NCBI GenBank assembly: GCA_033762295.1
Contig: JANRLW010000006.1
Coordinates: forward strand, 32,001-96,000
DNA from: Capsulimonadales bacterium
GTDB lineage: Bacteria; Armatimonadota; Armatimonadia; Armatimonadales; Armatimonadaceae
DNA length: 64,000 bases
Reading direction: 5' to 3'
In this document: one piece after another, positions 18,866-29,191 of the stretch
Numbering within the stretch: the first letter of the stretch is position 1
How the letters are laid out: each line of letters begins with the position of its first letter
Position numbers and translations under genes: made by a program
The notes under the pieces: model-generated
The model's input: the letters and a program-made list of their open reading frames with translations, nothing else
What the model was told of the DNA's origin: nothing
The model's database searches: none

Positions 18866-20714
18866 AACGCCGCCGACGTCCGCTCCCCGGACGGGGCGCG
18901 TTCGCCTGCGCCTCCATCGCGGAAACGCTTCCGACCGCATCGTCCGCCTTTGACAGGTGTTCCACCGTCGCCGCGTCCGTCGGCGGTTCGGTCGCCCCCT
19001 CGACCACGATCGCGTGCGGAACCGCGCGCGAGGGCAGGTGCCGCGCGGTATGGCCGGTGACGATGATCTTTCCGTCGTAAACGATCGAGGTGGAGAAACC
19101 CGAATCCATCAGGACCGCCTCCTTGATGCCCGCCGCCGCCGCCGCGCGCGCCAGTTGCTCGGTCGTGATTACCTCCAGCGACCCGACCAGCATCACATCG
19201 CCGCTGTCGGTAACGCCGAAACAGGCGCGACGCCGGGGATCGTTAAAGTCACGCGCCGAATACGCCTGCATCTCCTCCTTCGTCCGGGGTTCGCCATTGT
19301 GGACGATCCACGCGCCGGCCAGAAAGACGTCGGTCAGGTCCGGAAGGACCGAACGAAGCGTCGGTTCATCGTTCATCGTGTCCGGGTTGAAGGGCAGGAT
19401 CACCATCGCGGTCGGACCGATCAAAACCAGGGGACGATTGCGCAGTTTCGGCAAACGGGTGGGATCGGTTTCCGGGTAGAAGACGGCGTCCTCCCGCGTC
19501 AGGCAGGGACCGATCATCGTATTATCGGTTCCACGCAGCGCCGCGTCGGCGAAAAAGGTCCCGTTCATGCCGCCGACCGGAGTTTCCGACAGCTTGCCGC
19601 TGGCCGCCGCCCGTCGGAGAAATTCGCCGACGGAGAAACGCCCCTGCGGCGAACGCCAGGTGGAGGGTCGGCCGCCCCGCACGATACCCAGCTTGATGCC
19701 GTCGAACTCCTCGACCTGAAGCACAATCGACGCGGACAGAAGCTCCTTGCGTACGATATCGGCCGGGGCGTTCCGGGTCGCCTCCTGACTGTCCTTCCAT
19801 GCCTTCTCCAGACGGGTGTGGATGTAACGGCAGACGCGCAGGATTCCCGGCGACTCCTCCGCCGGTCCGTTGACGATCGTAAACGCCATCGTATAACCGA
19901 CACGTTCCGCCGCGGCAAACGTCTCCTTGTCCCCCGTTCCGTTCGGATAGGCAAAATAGGGCACAGGATGGCCGAGTTGCGATTCAAGGATCGCCCTGGA
20001 CTCGGTCATCTCGCGCTCCTGCTCCTCGATCGGCAGTTTGGCCATGTCCTCGGGGTGGCTGAGCGTGTGCGATCCGATCGTCACCAGGCCGGACGCATCC
20101 AGTTCCCGGAGGGTTTCCCAGTCCATCTTCGGATGCGCGCCTTTTTTATCGCCGACGAAATTCGTGTGGACGAAAACGGCGGACGGAATCCCTTTCTCTT
20201 TCAGGAGGGGATAGGCATTGTCGTAGAACCCCTGGTAGTTATCGTCGAAGGTCAGTACGACGCTGTTCGGCGGGATCTCTTCCCCCTGCGTCAGGTGGCG
20301 ATGAAGTTGATCGAGCGAAAGGAACGTTGCGCCTTCCTGTTCCAGAAAGGCGATCTGCTCCTCGAACTCCTTGCGGGAGCAGTCGAACCAGACGCTGTCC
20401 CGCCCTTTCTCCGCCACGATGTCATGGTACATGATGACCGGCACACGACGGTTCTGCGCCAGCGGACTCATCGGTTGAAGCGTGTTCGGGTCGAACGGGG
20501 TCGCCGTCGGGGACGGGGACGGTGTCGGGGAGGCCGATAAAGCGCCGACGGGTGCGGAGGCCGGGGTCGCGGAGGCCGTCGGATTGCCCGGCAAATACTG
20601 GCAACCCGTCGACAGAACGGCGACGAGAAACCCGAGGCATGCCCGCGCTCCCCGGTGGAATCGAGTTCGCGAAATCAAGAATTTCTCCGTATCTCGGATA
20701 GGGTTTGAGGACAC
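18864..20714 (-). CDS. Polysaccharide deacetylase (CE4) fused to phosphodiester glycosidase (NAGPA-like) domain; probable lipoprotein
   Basis: VIMYHD, VLTFDDNY, IGSHTLSH, FAYPNG; C-terminal MNGTFF, PRRRACFG, AVLMDSGFST; lipobox LSTGC. Confidence 0.85.
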   Translation of the reverse strand: MSSNPIRDTEKFLISRTRFHRGARACLGFLVAVLSTGCQYLPGNPTASATPASAPVGALSASPTPSPSPTATPFDPNTLQPMSPLAQNRRVPVIMYHDIVAEKGRDSVWFDCSRKEFEEQIAFLEQEGATFLSLDQLHRHLTQGEEIPPNSVVLTFDDNYQGFYDNAYPLLKEKGIPSAVFVHTNFVGDKKGAHPKMDWETLRELDASGLVTIGSHTLSHPEDMAKLPIEEQEREMTESRAILESQLGHPVPYFAYPNGTGDKETFAAAERVGYTMAFTIVNGPAEESPGILRVCRYIHTRLEKAWKDSQEATRNAPADIVRKELLSASIVLQVEEFDGIKLGIVRGGRPSTWRSPQGRFSVGEFLRRAAASGKLSETPVGGMNGTFFADAALRGTDNTMIGPCLTREDAVFYPETDPTRLPKLRNRPLVLIGPTAMVILPFNPDTMNDEPTLRSVLPDLTDVFLAGAWIVHNGEPRTKEEMQAYSARDFNDPRRRACFGVTDSGDVMLVGSLEVITTEQLARAAAAAGIKEAVLMDSGFSTSIVYDGKIIVTGHTARHLPSRAVPHAIVVEGATEPPTDAATVEHLSKADDAVGSVSAMEAQANAPRPGSGRRRR

Positions 20715-20719
20715 CCGGA

Positions 20720-21421
20720 TTATAACATATCCCCCGAAGCACCGTCCCCATCAGCGACCCGTGCCGAACCCTCCGTTCGGGGGGGCCAGTGCAGCATCAA
20801 TAACAGAGGTCCCGAGGTGACGGACAGGGACACGGTCTCCTCGGTCACCAGATTGAGCGTTCCATCCCGAACCCCCGGTTCCAGGCTTTCCCCGGTCAGT
20901 GGCCAGCGCACCCCGGTGAGAGTGATTCCCTCCACCCGCCCCATTGCCAGAAGGGACAGCGTTCTGCCCGGCAGCGTCCGGTCGGAGATCGTGACCGAGC
21001 GTCGGACCAGCCAGGTCTCCCCGTCCTCGTCCACCAGGCGCAGATCCGCACGGTCCCCGTATTTGATGATGGTGGACAGAACGGAGAATACATGGTCCAG
21101 GCGTCCCTGCGTCGCCGCAAAGACGCGAATCTTCGTCGCGCCAAACTCCGCGAGCGATGCCGCGATCGCCTTGTCCAGATCGGTGTAATCCTGATCAGGG
21201 GTAGGAAACACCCGGACTCCCTGTTCGGCCAGACGTCGGCGGTCCGTTTCCGCGAGCGAGTCGAAATCGCCGGTAACGGCGTGCGGAAGCAGTCCCAGAC
21301 GCAGCAGATGATAGGTTCCGCCGTCCACCCCGACAAGAAGGTCCGCGTCCGCCGCCGCGACCCGCAAACGAAGCGCCGCTTCGTCGGTCAGAACGCCGTT
21401 CGCCACCAGTACGGCCAACAT
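20720..21421 (-). CDS. thiN: Thiamine diphosphokinase
   Basis: VGVDGG, GDFDS, DQDYTDLDKAI, GRLDH, GVRWPL. Confidence 0.93.
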   Translation of the reverse strand: MLAVLVANGVLTDEAALRLRVAAADADLLVGVDGGTYHLLRLGLLPHAVTGDFDSLAETDRRRLAEQGVRVFPTPDQDYTDLDKAIAASLAEFGATKIRVFAATQGRLDHVFSVLSTIIKYGDRADLRLVDEDGETWLVRRSVTISDRTLPGRTLSLLAMGRVEGITLTGVRWPLTGESLEPGVRDGTLNLVTEETVSLSVTSGPLLLMLHWPPRTEGSARVADGDGASGDML

Positions 21422-21445
21422 AATCCTTTTCCTTCCGCGGTCGCG

Positions 21446-22246
21446 TCAGTCGAACCGCCAGCCCGAATTTTCGAAATTGCCGGTCCCGTCCGGCGTGGCA
21501 AAAAGTCGGTCGAACGCGCCGGCGGACGTGATAAATTTCGCGTGACCGTCGGCGAACACGAAACTTCCGCCGCGCGGGTGCCACTGGCGGTAGTAGGCCG
21601 GGAAGTACCCGTACTTCGCGCCGTTTGCGTCCTGATCGCCACCGAACCACGGGAGCATCTCATCACGCAGGATGCGGGTTTCGGCCGGCCTTTGGAAAGC
21701 GGCGTCGGCGATCGGTCCGCTCGGCGGACAGTAGGGATTGTCGGCATTACAGACGACATTATTCTGGAACGATACCCCGTCGATCGTGCTGAACGTCCCC
21801 CGGGTGAATCGATAGGACGAACCGTAACAATCGCGGTAGGAGCCTGACTTCGTCGGGTAGTCCCGGCATCCGCCGTACTCGACGGTACTGACCGTCCCGG
21901 ATGGAACCGGCCCACCCTGATCATTCGGGCAACGGAAGGCGTCCCGCGCTTTGACATACGGCCAAAGGGCGACCTCCACCCCTTTGTGCCCGTCAACGTC
22001 CGCCGGGGGCTGAGTATTGTAAGCGTGGAAGATGGGCCAGATCTCATCGTAATCCTGCACGTACATCCGTACGGCAAGCCCGATCTGGCGCATATTCGAG
22101 AGGCAGGTTACCTCGCGGGCCTTTTCGCGGGCCTGAGCGAAGACGGGAAAAAGAATCGCGGCCAGAATCGCGATGATGGCGATGACGACGAGCAGTTCGA
22201 TCAGCGTGAAGCCGTGATCGGGCGACGGGTGTCGGTCTGTTTTCAT
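21446..22246 (-). CDS. Prepilin-type DUF1559/H-X9-DG protein (#2), TPP-riboswitch controlled
   Basis: [65 protein letters not shown] 22246 with GAGGAAAGG upstream. Confidence 0.92.
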   Translation of the reverse strand: MKTDRHPSPDHGFTLIELLVVIAIIAILAAILFPVFAQAREKAREVTCLSNMRQIGLAVRMYVQDYDEIWPIFHAYNTQPPADVDGHKGVEVALWPYVKARDAFRCPNDQGGPVPSGTVSTVEYGGCRDYPTKSGSYRDCYGSSYRFTRGTFSTIDGVSFQNNVVCNADNPYCPPSGPIADAAFQRPAETRILRDEMLPWFGGDQDANGAKYGYFPAYYRQWHPRGGSFVFADGHAKFITSAGAFDRLFATPDGTGNFENSGWRFD

Positions 22247-22394
22247 CAGGGACCTTTCCTCCCGATTTCCGGTTCCCGGCGCGGGCCGAAAGCGGTCGCC
22301 CCTTCGAAAAGGTTTGTTGCCGGGCAACAAAAAACACCTTCCCGAAGCGGTGAAGGTGGCAGACGACACGGACCATGGCCCGTCCCGGTCCCCA

Positions 22395-22498
22395 TCCGCT
22401 TCCCTCCGCCGGTACGAACCGGATCAGGTTCCGGGGTCGGCCCAAAGCCCTCTCAGCCGCATGGCGCATTTTACGCGCGGAACGGCCCCCCCAGCGAA
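22395..22498 (-). ncRNA. TPP (thi-box) riboswitch
   Basis: Minus strand: ttcgct-GGGGGG...gCTGAGAgg...ACCCcggAACCTGATCCGGTTCGTACCGGCGGAGGGA-agcgga; the conserved TPP aptamer elements are present and P1 closes. Confidence 0.92.
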
Positions 22499-22521
22499 CG
22501 AAAAACCAATTATGTTTCTCC

Positions 22522-22550
22522 ATCATATCGATGCGGGAGGCATCTGTCAA
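22522..22550 (-). promoter_or_regulatory. sigma70-type promoter upstream of TPP riboswitch
   Basis: TTGACA-N17-TATGAT on the minus strand, about 20 nt before the aptamer. Confidence 0.75.
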
Positions 22551-22598
22551 CGGGGTAAAATATCGGAAATTGGAGCGGAAGGACGGCCTGGCGATCCG

Positions 22599-23894
22599 AT
22601 GCCGGAAACATTGCGCCAAAAGTTATTGCCATTCATCGTGGAAACCGTCCGTCGGTCGGAAACGTTCGCCGGAAGAACGGTCCTCCTTGCCTTGCTTCTG
22701 GCGGCCACCTGGTGGCAGGTACGCATGGCGGTTTCCGGTGACTGGTTTCGCTCCGGCAACGACATGCTCTATATTCTCCCGCCGCTGCGAAGCGCGACCG
22801 ACGAGGCCCTCGTCGGCTGGCTGCGCGGCCCGTGGATCGGCGTGGAACTGTTCGCTTACTACCGGCCGGTCACCAGTGTTTTCTGGTTTACGGAGTACCG
22901 GGTTTTCGGGGAGCAGGTCGCCTCCTGGCAACAGGTATCGGTCGCTTCGCACCTTGGCTCCACCCTATTGCTGGCGCTACTGCTGACCCGGATGGTCGGC
23001 TCGCCTCTGGCCGGAACGATCGGCGCGTTCGTCTGGGCTACCCGCGAAAAGATCGTCGAAACCCTGGAGTGGACACCGGCACAGACGGACCATTTTGCCG
23101 CCTTCTTCGGCATCCTGGGATTGTTTCTCTGGCAGACCTTTCTGGATGCCCGCGGACGACGCCCGTCTCGGTTTCTTCTGGGAGGCGCATCGCTCGTTTC
23201 CGTGCTTCTTGCCCTGGGTTCCAAGGAGATCGCCTACCCGGTGCCGCTCCTCGCGGCGCTTTTGACCCTGCGAACCGTTCGTCTGCCGTTTCGGACGCGA
23301 ATCGCTCTGTGCGGGGTCTGGTTCGCCCTCCTGACCGGCTTTGTCGGATGGCGGATTCTGGCAATGCAGGGAATCGGGTTTCTACCCGGACAGGCGACGC
23401 CCGGACGGTCGCAGGCCAGTCCCCTCACCCCGCAAAAATGGCTCGTCCGAATGAGCGGTTTTTTGCTTCCGCAAGTCCTCCGGCCGACCGCGCTTCTTCC
23501 CTTCCCCGCCGTTCTCTCGGTGTTCGCCGGAATCGCGGCCTACCGTCGGTGGACTTCCGTCAGAACCCGGGGGGTGGTTGCTCTGATCGCCGGCGTGCTG
23601 TTTTTCGTGTTCATGGGCGGCCCGGAATGCCTTTTGTTGTCCGATACGTACACGGAACTTGCGCTCGGGCTCTGGACGCTGACGGTGGTGGCCTTCGCCC
23701 TCCGGCGGGAGCCGCGCGAGATGGCGTTTGCTCTGATCTGGGGACTGGTCGCCCATCTGCCCCTGTACCATGTCGTCTACAATGCCGCCGGTAACGTGAC
23801 CTACCTTCCGGGCATCTACTGGGGGCTGGTCTGGTCGATCCTGGTCGTTGCCCTCCTCCGGTTCGTGGGAACCCGCAGCGAATCGGAGGTATAG
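22599..23894 (+). CDS. Polytopic membrane protein, GT-C/PMT-like glycosyltransferase candidate
   Basis: YYRPV loop motif, SKE motif, about 11 hydrophobic segments. Confidence 0.55.
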   Translation: MPETLRQKLLPFIVETVRRSETFAGRTVLLALLLAATWWQVRMAVSGDWFRSGNDMLYILPPLRSATDEALVGWLRGPWIGVELFAYYRPVTSVFWFTEYRVFGEQVASWQQVSVASHLGSTLLLALLLTRMVGSPLAGTIGAFVWATREKIVETLEWTPAQTDHFAAFFGILGLFLWQTFLDARGRRPSRFLLGGASLVSVLLALGSKEIAYPVPLLAALLTLRTVRLPFRTRIALCGVWFALLTGFVGWRILAMQGIGFLPGQATPGRSQASPLTPQKWLVRMSGFLLPQVLRPTALLPFPAVLSVFAGIAAYRRWTSVRTRGVVALIAGVLFFVFMGGPECLLLSDTYTELALGLWTLTVVAFALRREPREMAFALIWGLVAHLPLYHVVYNAAGNVTYLPGIYWGLVWSILVVALLRFVGTRSESEV

Positions 23895-23896
23895 TA

Positions 23897-23911
23897 GTGT
23901 ATAAGAAACAC
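23897..23911 (+). promoter_or_regulatory. Candidate NrtR-type operator upstream of nadA
   Basis: Palindrome GTGT-ataagaa-ACAC (GT-N7-AC core). Confidence 0.45.
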
Positions 23912-23963
23912 GTTTGCCGTTACGTTCCCGTCGAGGCCGGCAGACGATCGGAGGAAGACAGGA

Positions 23964-25010
23964 ATGCGGACTCTCACGCTGGCACGCGATTTATCCCGGG
24001 ATTATCCGTCGGTCGATAACGATCTCTCACGACGCGTGGAGGCGATCGATCCGGGTCTTTCTTTGGAGGAGGAGATCCGTCGCCTGAAAGCCGAGAAGAA
24101 CGCCGTAATACTTGCTCATTACTATCAGGAAGACGAAATTCAGGAACTGGCCGATTTCGTCGGCGACTCTCTGGCCCTTTCGCAGCAGGCGGCCAAAACC
24201 GATGCGGCGCGGATCGTCTTCTGCGGCGTTCATTTCATGGCGGAAACGGCCAAGATTCTCAATCCCGAAAAGCCCGTCCTTCTGCCGGACCTCGATGCGG
24301 GTTGTTCCCTGGCGGACCGGTGCCCGGCGGACCTGTATGCGGAATGGCTGAAGCAGTATCCCGGTCACACCGTCATCAACTACATTAACTCGTCCGCCGC
24401 GGTCAAGGCGATGTCGGATATCATCGTCACCTCGTCGAACGCCGTCGACATCGTTCGCCAGCTCCCGGAGGACGAACCGATCGTTTTCGGACCGGATCGG
24501 CATCTGGGGCGCTGGGTGGAACGTCAAACCGGACGCCGGATGGTTCTATGGCCCGGTTTCTGCATCGTCCACGAGCAGTTCAATCTGCGTCGCCTGCAAA
24601 AAGTGATCGACGCGTATCCGAAGGCGACCGTAATCGCCCATCCGGAGTGCGAGGAAGCGGTGCTCGATCGGGCGCACTTTATCGGTTCCACCCTCGCCCT
24701 GCTGACCTATGTCCGTTCCCATCCGGAACAGACGCAGTTTATTGTCGCTACCGAACAGGGGATTCTTCACCAGATGCGAAAATCCCGTCCGGAGGCGGAA
24801 TTCATCTGCTCTCCGCCGAATTCCGGGTGCGATTGCGCGCTGTGCCCGTATATGCGATTGAATACGCTGGAAAAACTGTATCTCTGCTTACGGGATGAGA
24901 CGCCGGAGATTCGTATGGACGAGGATATCCGAGTCCGGGCGCTCAAACCGGTTCAACGGATGCTGGAGATGAGTCGCCATCTGGCTCCGGTGCAGCAAAA
25001 AGGCGATTGA
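23964..25010 (+). CDS. nadA: Quinolinate synthase
   Basis: [48 protein letters not shown]. Confidence 0.96.
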   Translation: MRTLTLARDLSRDYPSVDNDLSRRVEAIDPGLSLEEEIRRLKAEKNAVILAHYYQEDEIQELADFVGDSLALSQQAAKTDAARIVFCGVHFMAETAKILNPEKPVLLPDLDAGCSLADRCPADLYAEWLKQYPGHTVINYINSSAAVKAMSDIIVTSSNAVDIVRQLPEDEPIVFGPDRHLGRWVERQTGRRMVLWPGFCIVHEQFNLRRLQKVIDAYPKATVIAHPECEEAVLDRAHFIGSTLALLTYVRSHPEQTQFIVATEQGILHQMRKSRPEAEFICSPPNSGCDCALCPYMRLNTLEKLYLCLRDETPEIRMDEDIRVRALKPVQRMLEMSRHLAPVQQKGD

Positions 25011-25057
25011 TTCGGAGATAATACGAGGGGAACGGTTTTTATCCGTTCCCCCGATCG

Positions 25058-25249
25058 TTATTGCTTTTTCTGATGGTCCCAGGCGAGACTGAGCGCTTCG
25101 CTGTTGCGCTTCTGCCGGCGATCCTGCATGTTCGCCGTTCCTTTGGTTCCCCCGACCGCCTCGCTGACCTGCTCACACCCGACCAGGAAGACGCTGAGAA
25201 GCACCAGAACGACAGGAAGACACATCTTGTTCCGGAATCGACCTTTCAT
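25058..25249 (-). CDS. Small lipoprotein (63 aa)
   Basis: MKGRFRNKMCLPVVLVLLSVFLVGC lipobox; AGGAG RBS. Confidence 0.6.
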   Translation of the reverse strand: MKGRFRNKMCLPVVLVLLSVFLVGCEQVSEAVGGTKGTANMQDRRQKRNSEALSLAWDHQKKQ

Positions 25250-25462
25250 ATTGCCTTTCTCCTGAAACGAAATCGATATGTGAACCCTGCGGACAAACTC
25301 CTCGGATAATGTATTTGACTGGTTTTCGGTTCGTCCCTGGTTCTTCGTCTGCAAAATCGATGCCAACCGTATTGATACGAGCAGATATATTTCTGGTTTT
25401 TTCCCGTTTATTTTATCCTGGAGGAGTTATTCGGTGAATTACCGAAGGTCGAAGGGAAACCT

Positions 25463-26146
25463 ATGTGCGGACGTTTTACGCAACGACATACGGTCGAAGA
25501 GTTAACGGAGCGTTTCCGTGTCGACCACACGCTTTTTGAGCCGGAAACAAGTTTCAATATCGCTCCGACCCGGAACATAGCGGTGGTTGTCGCCGATGCC
25601 AAACGGTCAAGGTATCTGGAAGGGTTTCGCTGGGGTCTGGTTCCGGAATGGGCCAGGGACGCTACCCACGGCGCACGGATGATTAACGCGCGATCGGAAA
25701 CCGTCTTTGAAAAACCGGCCTTTCGGGAGGCGATCCGTAGGAAACGGTGTCTGGTTCCGGCCGACGGTTTCTACGAGTGGCAGCCAACCGAAAACGGCCG
25801 CCAGCCGTTTCACTTTCGGAGGCGCGATCAGGCCTTGTTCGCCTTTGCCGGAATCTGGGCGACCTTTAGGATGCCCGACGGCGGCGATCTGTTGACCTGT
25901 TCCATCCTGACGACCGAGGCCAACGCCGTCGTCGCGCCGGTCCACGACCGGATGCCGGTAATCCTGCGCTCCGCGGACGAGGAAGGGCTCTGGCTCGACG
26001 ATTCGGTCCGAGATCGTAGCGTGCTTGAACCACTGCTTCGGCCTTTTCCGGACGAGGAGACCGATCGTGTGCGGGCGGACCGACGGGTCGGTTCTCCGGC
26101 GAACGACTTCGCGGCGCTGCTGACACCGCCGGAGGAAAATGACTAA
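25463..26146 (+). CDS. SOS response-associated peptidase (SRAP/HMCES, YedK-like)
   Basis: MCGRF N-terminus, WGLVP, INARSET, RCLVPADGFYEW, HDRMPVIL. Confidence 0.95.
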   Translation: MCGRFTQRHTVEELTERFRVDHTLFEPETSFNIAPTRNIAVVVADAKRSRYLEGFRWGLVPEWARDATHGARMINARSETVFEKPAFREAIRRKRCLVPADGFYEWQPTENGRQPFHFRRRDQALFAFAGIWATFRMPDGGDLLTCSILTTEANAVVAPVHDRMPVILRSADEEGLWLDDSVRDRSVLEPLLRPFPDEETDRVRADRRVGSPANDFAALLTPPEEND

Positions 26147-26568
26147 CGGCGGTTCCGCGAAGCTTCCCCGGAGGAACGAATCCCGAAAAGCCGAAGGACG
26201 CGTGACTCGATTCCCGGGACCATCAGATAGAGAATGATCAGTGCCGCAAGCACCAGCAAAAGAAGTTCCGGGCGAAGATACTTTTCGGTAAATCCGGTCG
26301 GTATGGCCAGGCGTGCGTTTCGGATCGTTACGCTGACAAATTGTCTGATCGTTCCTCCGCCAACGAGGTAGACAACAATAAGGAATACCACCAGAAGGAG
26401 TAATATCAATCGAAATTTTTGCTGTGGCGAGTCTGCAACCAGTGCCCGCCGACTATGACGTGCCTTATGCCGCCCCTTGCGTTTCCTGACAACGTAATAC
26501 TCGGTCGGTTGGTCGGAACCGTCCTCCTGTCGGAGAACGATTTCCCTGTCCTCGGTTTCATTCCCCAT
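26143..26568 (-). CDS. Hypothetical two-TM protein
   Basis: Basic patch followed by two hydrophobic helices; no family recognised. Confidence 0.55.
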   Translation of the reverse strand: MGNETEDREIVLRQEDGSDQPTEYYVVRKRKGRHKARHSRRALVADSPQQKFRLILLLLVVFLIVVYLVGGGTIRQFVSVTIRNARLAIPTGFTEKYLRPELLLLVLAALIILYLMVPGIESRVLRLFGIRSSGEASRNRR

Positions 26569-26623
26569 ATCTCATCGTCCCCGGCGCTAACTTACGGTAC
26601 CGAATCGGAATAATACCCGTATT

Positions 26624-28093
26624 TTAGCACAATTCGAAAGATTCGGCGTTCGATATGTCTTCCTTCTCTTCAGCGATACGGTCGGCTGTCAGGAGCACCA
26701 GACTTTGTGCGTTCGGCGCGATCCTCGTTCGCTCGGATCGAATAATTCCTACCACCCACACAATCGCCCCGGTATCCGACTGAGCGACGACGGGATAGTT
26801 CTCTCGATTCTCCGCCGGCACGCCTTTTTCCGCCAGGCAGTCACGAACCGGGCGGGACCGCCCGCCCATTCCGAAGGGTTCGATGCGTTCTCCGACACGC
26901 AAAGAACGTACTTCGAGCGGCGCAATTCCCGCACCCTCCGGGTCGGAGGGAAGAGGAGACATCTCCGGTGTGTGAAAAATTACCGCCCTGTGGTCAACAG
27001 GCCGTATTTCCGCCCGAACACAAAGGCCGACCGAATCGATCCTTGCCTGACCCGGAACGGGCAACGGTTGTGAAAATGGTTCCGGCGGACGAAGGACGAT
27101 CGGACTCCGGAAAATCAACGTGTTCCCGGCGGAGCGGGCTTGAATTCTCCCCGGCAACGTCACCGTTCCCTCCTCGACAAGGAGACGCTCCAGACGGACG
27201 ATCCATTCCGTGGTTGCGGCTTCCTCCATCTGCGATCCGGCGAAACGACGAATCTGCGACAGAAGGACACGACGGCGAAGAGCGGGATGGGCGTCGTTCA
27301 GGCGCACTCGATCCAGCGTGGTCGCCTCCGCCGTTCGGCTCAAAATCACCGTCCGCTGCAACTCCTCGGCGAGCGCGCGCAACAGGTCGGCATCGGCGGC
27401 GGCGGAGTCCGCCAGGCGATTCAGAGCGGCAAAGACTTGCGGATTGAATCGTTCGACCAGTTCCGGAAGAAGGGTTCGAATCCGGGTTCGCAGGTACCGA
27501 TCCTTCAAGTTGGAGGGGTCCTGTCGCGGAGTAACGCCCTTCTCGCGACAGTAGGCTTCGATCTCCGAACGTCGAACACCCAGAAGCGGCCGGATCACGG
27601 TCAATCGGTCGCTGAGCGCCCGCTTCGAAGGGATTCCGGCCAGGCCGTCGATGCCCGTTCCGCGAAGGATTCTCCCCAGAACGGTTTCCGCCTGATCGTC
27701 GGCGGTATGCGCGGTAGCCAGCACGTTCGCCGTCAGGTCCTCCGCCGCTTCGCGAAGAAAGCCGTACCGGAGATCCCTCGCGACGGCGTTGCCGTAAACC
27801 GCGTTGCGGGTGGGAACCGCCCCCAGTCCGATGACACAGGGCCAACCCAGCCGGGCGCAGAGGGCGGCGCAGAAGGCGGCATCCTCATCGGCATCCCGGC
27901 CACGGACGCCGTGGTGGAAGTGGGCGGCGCCGACCGGTTCGGGCAGCAGTCCCTCGCGGGACGCTTCTCGAAACGCCAGCAAAAGGGCGCACGAATCCGG
28001 GCCGCCCGAAAGAGCGATCAGAATCCGTGCGCCCTCCGTTAGAAGACGACGCTCACGCACATAGGAGACGACGCGGACGACCAGCGGGTTCAC
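26624..28093 (-). CDS. tilS: tRNA(Ile)-lysidine synthetase
   Basis: ALSGGPDS, ATAHTADDQAET, IRPLL, DPSN, RTRIR. Confidence 0.93.
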   Translation of the reverse strand: MNPLVVRVVSYVRERRLLTEGARILIALSGGPDSCALLLAFREASREGLLPEPVGAAHFHHGVRGRDADEDAAFCAALCARLGWPCVIGLGAVPTRNAVYGNAVARDLRYGFLREAAEDLTANVLATAHTADDQAETVLGRILRGTGIDGLAGIPSKRALSDRLTVIRPLLGVRRSEIEAYCREKGVTPRQDPSNLKDRYLRTRIRTLLPELVERFNPQVFAALNRLADSAAADADLLRALAEELQRTVILSRTAEATTLDRVRLNDAHPALRRRVLLSQIRRFAGSQMEEAATTEWIVRLERLLVEEGTVTLPGRIQARSAGNTLIFRSPIVLRPPEPFSQPLPVPGQARIDSVGLCVRAEIRPVDHRAVIFHTPEMSPLPSDPEGAGIAPLEVRSLRVGERIEPFGMGGRSRPVRDCLAEKGVPAENRENYPVVAQSDTGAIVWVVGIIRSERTRIAPNAQSLVLLTADRIAEEKEDISNAESFELC

Positions 28094-29067
28094 GGTTTGT
28101 CGGCGGTACGGCCTCCGGAGCTTTCCACCACCAGCCCGTCCGAGGTCATTTCGACGGTCAGTCCCATCGGCGTCATCTGCCGCCGAAGCGTGTCCTCGGC
28201 CGACTCATCCTTCGCCGTCAGGCGAACGACCTGATCCTGCGCAACATCGTCGAGAATAATGGGTTGACCGTACCGAAGGGCGATTTCCCGTGCCGAATCG
28301 ACCAGAGTCGCTTCCGGGAGTCCGAACGATTGTCGCGCATCCGGCATCGGCTGTCCCTCGTTGACGACCGGAAGGAACAGCGTCCGCGTATGCATCACCC
28401 CGTCGGCGGTCCAGTTCGCACGAAGTTCGAGCAGTTTTTTATCTGCGAGTACGGCGGGAGAGATACGGAGCGTTTGCGGAAGCGCGCCGTTCATCCGGAA
28501 CGGATATTCCTGGTCAACGGACCCCACCTTGAAGCGAACGGAACCGCTTTCGGCATTCGCCAGATGGAACGAGAAATCCCACGCGGCGCCTTCGCCCGGC
28601 AACACCGTCGTGATCCGGGTGATTTTCAGTTCGGGGGCGCGTCGTATCGGTTCCGGTGAGGGCGCCAGTTCGGGCGCTGTGATTCCCGCCGCCTGTCGCA
28701 CGTCGGAGGAGCCGCCCCCACGAGGCAGCCAGACCGCCAGACCGATCACCACGGCGAAAGCCGCCGTCAAGGGACCGCTGACGGTGGGTCGACGGTAGTT
28801 GTCCAGCAGCCATTGCCAGGGATTGGAGGCGGAGCGCACGCCCTGCCGCTCAATCGCCGCCATGACGTTCTCCCGAAAAAACAGGGGCGGATCCGTTTCC
28901 GGAAGCACATTCAGTTCACGGGCGATCGACCGAAGGGCGACCTCATCCTGTCGGCAACGCGCGCAACCGGCAAGATGCGCGGACAGGGTGTCCCGCATCT
29001 CCGCAGGCAGCGTTCCTTCGATATAATCCGACGCCAGTTCACGCCACTTCTTACAATCGATATTCAT
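28090..29067 (-). CDS. Zinc-finger (zf-HC2) transmembrane anti-sigma factor
   Basis: CKKWRELASDYIEG...HLAGCARC, TM helix; downstream of ECF sigma. Confidence 0.85.
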   Translation of the reverse strand: MNIDCKKWRELASDYIEGTLPAEMRDTLSAHLAGCARCRQDEVALRSIARELNVLPETDPPLFFRENVMAAIERQGVRSASNPWQWLLDNYRRPTVSGPLTAAFAVVIGLAVWLPRGGGSSDVRQAAGITAPELAPSPEPIRRAPELKITRITTVLPGEGAAWDFSFHLANAESGSVRFKVGSVDQEYPFRMNGALPQTLRISPAVLADKKLLELRANWTADGVMHTRTLFLPVVNEGQPMPDARQSFGLPEATLVDSAREIALRYGQPIILDDVAQDQVVRLTAKDESAEDTLRRQMTPMGLTVEMTSDGLVVESSGGRTADKP

Positions 29068-29191
29068 TTGGATGCCGTTCGTTTCGGTGTCTCCGCAAAA
29101 AATCCGTAAAAATCCATTACCGGTTCGGGTCCGGATTCATTTCATCCCCACCAACCGGGAATGAAAGAGTTCGGTTTCCGACAAATTCCTT

